From Sedimentisphaerales bacterium (GTDB taxonomy: Bacteria > Planctomycetota > Phycisphaerae > Sedimentisphaerales > Anaerobacaceae): DNA of 64,000 bases. Each line of letters starts with the position of its first letter. The stretch's first letter is position 1. The DNA lies in assembly GCA_963708075.1 (NCBI GenBank), contig OY970194.1, forward strand, positions 701,862-765,861. The letters are read 5' to 3'. Below are positions 57,496-64,000 of the stretch, one piece after another. A program made the position numbers and the translations under genes. Below the pieces are notes generated by a model. It did not search any database. It was given only the letters and a program-made list of their open reading frames with translations, and was not told the origin of the DNA.

Positions 57496-58101
57496 GTGCA
57501 CGAACAACTATGGGAACAACTTGCCAGGCTCGACCGCATGGAAACCGCAAGGAGAGCCAGGTGCCGATACCTGGCCGAATGCGATTCTTTCGCGATTTTC
57601 CTGCTGAATCGTGAATATGTGGTCGATGTGGCTCACAGGACGATCCGTGGCATGACTGAGCCACTTGACGCCCGGCCCGCCGGTTATCTGGAGCATCTCT
57701 GCATCCTTGCTTATCTCGTCAACGCGAGGGACCTGCCTCCGGCAGGCAAGCTCGTCAGCGTGGATGGACTGGATCGCGGGGGCTTCTTCTTCCGTGGCTC
57801 GCACAGGCTTCCTGTGGAGAAATTGACGGATGTGTTCGGAGCGGACCCGCAGTTGCTGGACAAGGTTGCGCAGGGTTTGAACGCTGTCTCGCAGGCTTTT
57901 GGGGATGCAGCGATTGAATTATCAGTACTTCCGCGTATATCGCTCGTAATCATCATCTGGGGGGCAGATGACGAATTTGAAGCTCGGGCCTCAATTCTTT
58001 TCGATCAGGGTGTGTCGGCACAGTTGCCCTTGGACGCCCTTTTTGCAGTCGCGATCCTGACGATCAATACCGTTGTAAGTGCCGCAAGTACAACAGGTTA
58101 G
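57496..58101 (+). CDS. DUF3786-like protein (family commonly linked to CODH/ACS clusters); start uncertain
   Basis: GGGAGA RBS then GTG at 57496. ...LWEQLARLD...AIFLLNREYVVD...YLEHLCILAYLV...SLVIIIWGADDEF.... The family call is from memory. Confidence 0.55.
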   Translation: MHEQLWEQLARLDRMETARRARCRYLAECDSFAIFLLNREYVVDVAHRTIRGMTEPLDARPAGYLEHLCILAYLVNARDLPPAGKLVSVDGLDRGGFFFRGSHRLPVEKLTDVFGADPQLLDKVAQGLNAVSQAFGDAAIELSVLPRISLVIIIWGADDEFEARASILFDQGVSAQLPLDALFAVAILTINTVVSAASTTG

Positions 58102-58195
58102 CTGCTTGATAGCGTATGGGAGGATCATCGACAGCGAGGTCCTCGCGGCGATTGGGGCCATCGTCACGCAGCCGAACGAACCAGTACGAAAACGG

Positions 58196-58218
58196 ATATA
58201 CGTAGTTTCCACAATAGT
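58196..58218 (+). promoter_or_regulatory. 23-nt conserved box (ATATACGTAGTTTCCACAATAGT) upstream of the cooC-cooS-acsB-acsC operon
   Basis: Second copy of the box. About 255 nt upstream of the cooC ATG. Confidence 0.5.
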
Positions 58219-58473
58219 GGTATGCCCGTTGACGTGACTATTATGCTGCTTGGGCGCTCCGCTGTATGCAGTCTCATGACCGCTTGGAGGCATGGGAATA
58301 TCTGCAGACAGACCTTGATTTTGATTGCGTCAGGTGGAAACTACTGTATTTTTCGCTGACATCGGGTCGGGATTGGGCGGGGACCAGTAGTCCTACGTAT
58401 ACAGGCTCGGATGTCGTGTCTGTTTGCGACACCCGGAAACGATTAGATCAGGACGGCCGCATTGCAGTTGGGC

Positions 58474-59256
58474 ATGAAGATTGCGATTGGTGGAAAGGGA
58501 GGAGTAGGCAAGACGACGGTCTGTGCAGTCTGGGCCCAGCTTTTCGCCAATGAGGGCCATGATGTCCTGGCCATCGATGCGGATCCAAGCCTGAGCCTCG
58601 GCGCCGCGTTTGGCCTGCCCACAGAGCAAAGCCCCCGGCCACTCATTGAGATGAAAGACTTGATCGCCGAGCGGACCGGCACGAAGAGAGATGCCGCGAG
58701 CGCCTACTTCCGGCTGAATCCCTCCGTGAGCGACCTTCCCGAGGAGCATTGGCTGCGAGTGGGCAACGTGAAGCTGCTCGTGCTCGGGGCCGTAACGCGG
58801 GCCGGCGGCGGATGTGCCTGTCCGGAAGGGGCATTTCTCAAAGCCATGCTGACGCATACGATCCTCCAGAGGGACGAGCTTGTCCTGGTCGATCTGGCCG
58901 CGGGGGTGGAGTTCATGGGCAGGGCGAGCGTCCAGGGGATTGACGCCTTTGCCGTAGTCGTTGAGCCCGGCAGCCGCAGCATCGAAACCGCAAGAAACAT
59001 CGCCGCAATGGCCAGCGATTTGGGAATCGGCTGCGTCGGAGCAATCGCCAACAAGATAACGGAGCCAAGCCAGGTCGAGACAATCCGCTCGCAACTCAAT
59101 GGCATTGCCCTGTTGGGCGCTATGCCGTACAGCAGGTTGGTTCAGGACGCCGATTTGAGGCGCTCGGCCGTGATGGAGGCTGATGCGGCCATCGTGCAGG
59201 AGTTGGATAGAGCAAGGCAACGCCTTGTGGAACTCGCTGCGAGTGTGAAGATTTAA
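58474..59256 (+). CDS. cooC: CooC/AcsF-type Ni-insertion ATPase for CODH/ACS
   Basis: MKIAIGGKGGVGKTTV deviant Walker A; CxC motif GGGCACPEG. Confidence 0.85.
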   Translation: MKIAIGGKGGVGKTTVCAVWAQLFANEGHDVLAIDADPSLSLGAAFGLPTEQSPRPLIEMKDLIAERTGTKRDAASAYFRLNPSVSDLPEEHWLRVGNVKLLVLGAVTRAGGGCACPEGAFLKAMLTHTILQRDELVLVDLAAGVEFMGRASVQGIDAFAVVVEPGSRSIETARNIAAMASDLGIGCVGAIANKITEPSQVETIRSQLNGIALLGAMPYSRLVQDADLRRSAVMEADAAIVQELDRARQRLVELAASVKI

Positions 59257-59340
59257 GCGGGAAACGCAGGTGCTGTGGGTCCTGCAGGACTCATAACTCC
59301 TGTTCTCCCATAGGATTACACGGGTCGATGAGGAATCTGC

Positions 59341-61275
59341 ATGGAGCCAAGTAAACGCAGCACAGACAAGGCCGCTCAGGAAATGATCAGCCGCATGGCC
59401 GAGCTGGGCCAGCAGAACGCATGGGACAGGCTTGATGCCCAATTGCCGCAATGCGGATTCGGCAAGCAGGGGATTTGCTGCCGCATCTGCAGCATGGGAC
59501 CTTGTCGCATCTCGAAGAAGGCGGCGGTTGGCGTCTGCGGCGCCGATGCCGATACCATCGTGGCGAGGAACTTCCTGCGAATCGTTGCCGCCGGCGTCAG
59601 TGCCCACAGCGATCACGGGCGCACGGTTGCCGAGGTATTTCTTGCTGCGGCCAAGGGCGAGGCGCCCGATTACCGGATCAAGGATACCGCGAAACTGAAC
59701 AAGCTGGCCAAGGAGTTCGGCGTGGAAACCGCCGGACGCTCGCCTCAGGACATTGCGGTCGATGTGGGCGAGATCGCGTTGGCCGAGTTTGGCAAGCCGA
59801 GGGGGACCCAGTTGATGGCCCGCCGGGCGCCAAAGCCACGTCAGGAACTCTGGCAGAAGCTCGGGGTCACGCCCCGCGCGATCGACCGTGAAGTGGCCGA
59901 ATCGATGCACCGTAGTGCGATGGGCGTGGATCAGGACTACCGCAATGTGCTGCGACAGGCCAGCCGGGCGGCGCTTGCCGATGGCTGGGGCGGCGCGATG
60001 CTGGCGACGGAACTGCAGGATATTCTCTTCGGGACACCTTCTCCGGGTCGCGGAGAAGTGAACATGGGCGTGCTCAAGACCGACGCGGTGAACATCATCG
60101 TGCACGGGCACGAGCCGATTCTGTCGGAGATGATTGTCGCGGCGTCTCAGGATAAGGAGTTGCTGGCCGAGGCTGCGAAGGTCGGGGCCAAGGGAATCAA
60201 CGTGGCCGGGACCTGCTGCACTGCCAACGAGCTGCTGATGCGGCACGGCATCCCCATTGCGGGCAACTTCCTCAACCAGGAGCTGGTCGTCGCCACCGGC
60301 GCCGTCGAGCTGATGGCGGTGGACGTCCAGTGCGTGATGCAGGGATTGGCCCAGGTGGCCAAGTGCTACCATACCAAGCTGATCACCACGGCCGACAAGG
60401 CGCGGATTGCCGGCGTCGAGCACGTCTCCATTGAAGAGAAGACAGCGCTGAAGACCGCCAAAGAGCTTGTCAGGATGGCCATCGCCAACTACAAGAACCG
60501 CGGCGAAGTGTTCATCCCGGCGAGCAAGGAAAAGGCAGTCGGCGGCTTCAGTTTCGAGTCGATCAATTACATGCTGGGCGGCCGGTTCCGGGCGAGTTTC
60601 CGCCCGCTCAATGACAACATCATCAATGGCCGAATCCGCGGCGTGGTTGGCATCGTCGGCTGCACAAATCCAAAGGTGCCGCAGGATTACACACACACGA
60701 CCCTAGCCCGTGAGTTGATCAAACGCGACATCCTCGTGCTGACTACAGGTTGCGCGACGATTGCCTGCGGCAAGCAGGGGCTCGCCAATCCGAAGACAGC
60801 GCTCGATTACGCGGGACCGGGCCTTCGGGAAGTGTGTGAGGCTGTCGGTATTCCGCCCATCCTGGCCTGCGGCAGTTGCGTGGACAACAGCCGGCTGCTG
60901 GTGTCCTGCAGCGAATTGGTGCGTGAAGGCGGCCTGGGCGAGGACCTCTCGGATCTGCCGATAGCCGGCGCGTGCCTAGAGTCGATGCACGAGAAAGCAA
61001 TTGCAATCGGCCAGTATTTCGTGGCCAGCGGGGCTCTGGTGGTCTTCGCCGAAGACATCCTGCCGATCGCGGGCAGCACGAACGTCAGTGAGTATCTGTA
61101 CGGCGGGATCGAGAAGGAGTTTGGCGGCCGCTGGGCGGTCGAGTCTGATCCGGTCAAAGCGGCCGAGCTGATCCTCGCGCACATCGAAAGCAAGCGTGAC
61201 GCCCTGGGCATCAACAAGACCAAGGAGCGTAAGCTGTACGACATGGCCGACCGGCGGGCATTGGCTGTGGAGTAG
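59341..61275 (+). CDS. cooS: Anaerobic Ni-Fe carbon monoxide dehydrogenase catalytic subunit
   Basis: ...CGFGKQGICCRICSMGPCRI...; ...HGHEP...; ...GTCCTANE...; ...ACGSCVDNSR..., the typical C-cluster/B-cluster ligands. Confidence 0.9.
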   Translation: MEPSKRSTDKAAQEMISRMAELGQQNAWDRLDAQLPQCGFGKQGICCRICSMGPCRISKKAAVGVCGADADTIVARNFLRIVAAGVSAHSDHGRTVAEVFLAAAKGEAPDYRIKDTAKLNKLAKEFGVETAGRSPQDIAVDVGEIALAEFGKPRGTQLMARRAPKPRQELWQKLGVTPRAIDREVAESMHRSAMGVDQDYRNVLRQASRAALADGWGGAMLATELQDILFGTPSPGRGEVNMGVLKTDAVNIIVHGHEPILSEMIVAASQDKELLAEAAKVGAKGINVAGTCCTANELLMRHGIPIAGNFLNQELVVATGAVELMAVDVQCVMQGLAQVAKCYHTKLITTADKARIAGVEHVSIEEKTALKTAKELVRMAIANYKNRGEVFIPASKEKAVGGFSFESINYMLGGRFRASFRPLNDNIINGRIRGVVGIVGCTNPKVPQDYTHTTLARELIKRDILVLTTGCATIACGKQGLANPKTALDYAGPGLREVCEAVGIPPILACGSCVDNSRLLVSCSELVREGGLGEDLSDLPIAGACLESMHEKAIAIGQYFVASGALVVFAEDILPIAGSTNVSEYLYGGIEKEFGGRWAVESDPVKAAELILAHIESKRDALGINKTKERKLYDMADRRALAVE

Positions 61276-61330
61276 CAGGGACGTTATCGGCATTAAGGGC
61301 GGCTGAAAAGGATAGTGAAAGGTTGGTTGA

Positions 61331-63517
61331 ATGTCGAGACTGATTGCATCCTCGGCGATACGCGGTGCACATAAGATAGCAAAGCAGGCGGAAGAGCTCT
61401 TGGCCCGGGCGATTCAGGCCAAGGGCAGGGATTCGAAGGTCGAATTCCCGAACACGGGCTACTATCTGCCGATCATCTACTCGATGACCGGCCGGACGGT
61501 GGAGACATTGGCCGATCTCGATGCGGTGATGGAAGAGGTTCGCGGCCTGCTGCCGCCGTTTGTCGATGAGGACTTCTGGATTCCGTACCTCGGTCCGGCC
61601 CTTGACGCGGGCATGGCCACCCTGTTTGCCGAAGAGGTAATCGAGGCATGCAAGTATCTGATCGGGCCGAACCCCGTGCAGGACATCTGGCTGGGTGCGG
61701 CCGATGATGTCATCCTTCGCGAACGCGGCATTCAGTTCGTCGACGGCACCGCTCCGGGCTTCGCCGCCATCGTCGGCGCCGCGCCCGATGTCGAGACGGC
61801 CGTGACGATCGCCCGCAAGCTCCAGGAGCGAAGCCTCTACGTGTTCATGTGTGCCCACAACAACGGGACCAGCTTCGCCGAGCAGCTCGTGGAAGGCGGT
61901 GTGCAACTGGGCTGGGAGACACGGCTGGTGCCGTTCGGACGCGACATTACCGCCGCGATCTACTCGCTCGGCTTTGCCAGCCGGGCGGCCCTGAGCTTCG
62001 GCGGTGTGCAAGCGGGCGATTTCCGCCGCAACCTGCTCTACAACAAGAACCGGATCTTCGCGTTCGTCATGGCGCTGGGCAAGGTGACGGACGAGTGGTA
62101 CGCCACCGCGGCAGGCGCCATCAACTACGGTTTCCCCGTCATCGCCGACAGCGACATCCCCGAAATCCTGCCGACCGGCGTCTGCACGTACGAGCACGTC
62201 GTATCCAGGATTCCCCACGACAAGATCGTGGAGAAGGCTGTCGAAGTCCGCGGCCTGAAGGTCAAGGTGGCAAAGATCCCGGTCCCGGTGCCGGTCAGCC
62301 CGGCGTTCGAGGGCGAGCGAATCCGCAAGGAGGACATGCACAGCGAATTCGGCGGGCAGAGGACGCCTGCATTCGAGTGGCTGCGCATGCGGGAGCTCGA
62401 TGAGGTCGAGGACGGCCTTGTTCAGGTGGAAGGACCCGACATCGACACCCTCGCGCCTGGCGGGAAGCTGCCGCTGGGAATCGTGATCGAGGTGGCGGGC
62501 AGGAAGATGCAGGCCGACTTCGAGCCCGTGCTCGAGCGGCAGGTGCACACCTTCATCAACGAGGCCCAGGGCATTTGGCACATGGGCCAGCGTGACATCA
62601 ACTGGGTGCGGATCAGCAACGGCGCGTTCAAGGCGGGATTCCGGCTCGAGCATATTGGTAAGCTGCTGCACGCCAAGTACCACGATGAGTATTCCAACAT
62701 TCTGGACAAGGTCCAGATCACTCTTTACACGACGGAAGAGAGGGTGGTTGCGTTGCGCCGGCAGGCACAGGGCGTCTACGCGGAGCGCGATGCCCGGCTG
62801 GCCGGCATGACGGATGATGACGTGGAGACGTTTTACTCCTGTCTGCTGTGTCAGAGCTTCGCGCCGAGCCACGTGTGCGTCGTCTCCCCCGAGCGGCCCG
62901 GGTTGTGCGGCGCGTATAGCTGGCTCGATTGCCGAGCCTCCCACGAGATCACGCCGTCCGGGCCGAATCAGCCGATTCCCAAGGGCACTTGCGTGGAACC
63001 GAAGATCGGCCAGTGGGACAGGGTCAACGCATTCGTCGTCTCCTCCAGCGGCGGCAAGATCGAGCGAATGAGCCAGTACAGCATGATCGTCGATCCGATG
63101 ACCTCCTGCGGCTGCTTCGAGTGCATCGCCGCGATTTTGCCCATGACCGGCGGCATCATGATCGTCAACCGGGAGTTCCCCGAGATGACTCCGAGCGGCA
63201 TGAAGTTCTCCACGCTCGCCGGCACCGTCGGCGGCGGCCAGCAGACCCCGGGCTTCATCGGCCACTCCAAACACTACATCGGCTCGAAAAAGTTTATCGC
63301 CGCCGAGGGCGGTATCCGGCGCATCGTATGGATGCCGACGGCGCTCAAGCAGGAGCTTCGCGACGTGCTCACCACGAGGGCGGAAGAACTCGGGCTCGGG
63401 GGCGAAGAGTTCCTGGCCAAGATCGCCGATGAGACAACGGCTACGACGGAAGAGCAGGTCCTGGAGTTCATTACCAGCGCGGGCCATCCCGTCACGACAA
63501 TGGACCCGATGTTCTAG
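61331..63517 (+). CDS. acsB: Acetyl-CoA synthase (CO-methylating), A-cluster subunit
   Basis: ...FPNTGYYLPIIY...; A-cluster motifs CLLCQSFAPSHVCVVSPERPGLCG and MTSCGCFECI. Confidence 0.9.
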   Translation: MSRLIASSAIRGAHKIAKQAEELLARAIQAKGRDSKVEFPNTGYYLPIIYSMTGRTVETLADLDAVMEEVRGLLPPFVDEDFWIPYLGPALDAGMATLFAEEVIEACKYLIGPNPVQDIWLGAADDVILRERGIQFVDGTAPGFAAIVGAAPDVETAVTIARKLQERSLYVFMCAHNNGTSFAEQLVEGGVQLGWETRLVPFGRDITAAIYSLGFASRAALSFGGVQAGDFRRNLLYNKNRIFAFVMALGKVTDEWYATAAGAINYGFPVIADSDIPEILPTGVCTYEHVVSRIPHDKIVEKAVEVRGLKVKVAKIPVPVPVSPAFEGERIRKEDMHSEFGGQRTPAFEWLRMRELDEVEDGLVQVEGPDIDTLAPGGKLPLGIVIEVAGRKMQADFEPVLERQVHTFINEAQGIWHMGQRDINWVRISNGAFKAGFRLEHIGKLLHAKYHDEYSNILDKVQITLYTTEERVVALRRQAQGVYAERDARLAGMTDDDVETFYSCLLCQSFAPSHVCVVSPERPGLCGAYSWLDCRASHEITPSGPNQPIPKGTCVEPKIGQWDRVNAFVVSSSGGKIERMSQYSMIVDPMTSCGCFECIAAILPMTGGIMIVNREFPEMTPSGMKFSTLAGTVGGGQQTPGFIGHSKHYIGSKKFIAAEGGIRRIVWMPTALKQELRDVLTTRAEELGLGGEEFLAKIADETTATTEEQVLEFITSAGHPVTTMDPMF

Positions 63518-63523
63518 GAAAGT

Positions 63524-63579
63524 GTGAAGTGTGATTTTCGATTTGTGAAGTCTGATGTATGAATCAAAACTCACACTTC
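63524..63579. repeat. Heptad-periodic AT-rich stretch forming an imperfect hairpin (gaagtgtgatttt ... aaaactcacacttc) between acsB and acsC
   Basis: Units gTGAagT gTGAttT tCGAttT gTGAagT cTGAtgT aTGAatC read directly. The arms pair with one bulge. Confidence 0.6.
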
Positions 63580-63607
63580 ATAAATCTGACTTTGACGTGA
63601 GGACACT

Positions 63608-64000
63608 ATGGCTTTGACAGGTTTGGATATCTTCAAGTTACTGCCGAAGACGAACTGCAAGAAGTGCGGCATGCCCACGTGCCTGGCGTTTGCCATGCAG
63701 CTTGCCCAGAAACGCGCCAAGCTGGACGCCTGTCCGGAGGTCTCCGAGGAGGCGAAGCAGAAGCTGGCAGCGGCGGCGGCGCCTCCCATGCGCAGGGTCG
63801 CGTTCGGCGCCGGCGACGCACAAGTCGCGGTCGGGCAGGAAACCGTGCTGTTCCGGCACGATGAGAAGTTCCACAATTCCACCGTGGTGGCTGTGACGGT
63901 CTCGGACAAGCTGTCCGGGCAGGCACTGCAGGAACGCATCCGGGCGGTCAACGCGCTTCAGTTCGAGCGGGTCGGGACGCACATTGGGATCAGGGCCGTC
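63608..64000 (+). CDS. acsC: Corrinoid iron-sulfur protein large subunit, 5' part (runs off the window)
   Basis: I translated this myself; it is not in the ORF track. MALTGLDIFKLLPKTNCKKCGMPTCLAFAMQLAQKRAKLDACPEV..., the N-terminal 4Fe-4S motif of AcsC/CdhE. Open to nt 64000. Confidence 0.85.
   Translation, partial: MALTGLDIFKLLPKTNCKKCGMPTCLAFAMQLAQKRAKLDACPEVSEEAKQKLAAAAAPPMRRVAFGAGDAQVAVGQETVLFRHDEKFHNSTVVAVTVSDKLSGQALQERIRAVNALQFERVGTHIGIRAV

Noticed and set aside
58266-58553. 95-aa ORF between the 23-nt box and cooC
   Set aside because: It overlaps the cooC start in another frame, has no RBS and has a non-protein-like composition. The long cooC leader therefore remains unexplained rather than coding.

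Overview
High-GC (about 60%) chromosomal segment. The gene repertoire suggests an anaerobic PVC-type bacterium (Planctomycetota, Lentisphaerota or Kiritimatiellota-like): HX9DG/DUF1559 prepilin proteins, LamG/dockerin exoproteins, GH127 enzymes and a giant FGE-domain protein. This taxonomic call is inferred from gene content only.

- 1-13 kb: sugar uptake and regulation (URO-D-like protein, SSS transporter, XylR-like regulator), a pseudopilin, two LamG exoproteins and a GH106-like hydrolase.
- 13.4-18.5 kb: a molybdenum-related cluster. It contains a small Cys protein, a ModE-type wHTH fused in-frame to a prepilin/HX9DG module behind a ModE-operator-like palindrome, a membrane protein, a DUF2478-like NTPase, a MobA fusion and tRNA-Ala.
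- 18.6-32.9 kb: nitroreductase, a periplasmic heme/FGE/peroxidase operon, HU, two GH127-type genes and tRNA-Val.
- 33-39 kb: one five-gene operon encoding an SH3b protein, an M48 protease, a CHASE2 class III cyclase, an MBL-fold hydrolase with a class II phosphodiesterase-like motif, and a cNMP-binding MscS channel.
- 39.5-43.3 kb: a 1271-aa Fn3/beta-helix exoprotein.
- 46.5-64 kb: a Wood-Ljungdahl cluster in two divergent operons. The minus strand carries NuoE, NuoF-GltD, FdhA, FdhD, MetF-MetV and an AcsE-like gene. The plus strand carries DUF3786, CooC, CooS, AcsB and AcsC (cut by the window end).

Recurring oddities are AT-rich heptad (NYGATTT-like) repeats just 5' of several start codons, a 23-nt box shared by the two Wood-Ljungdahl promoter regions, and at least four single-base frameshifts in otherwise conserved genes (assembly indels or pseudogenes). 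No CRISPR array, transposase, integrase or rRNA was seen.
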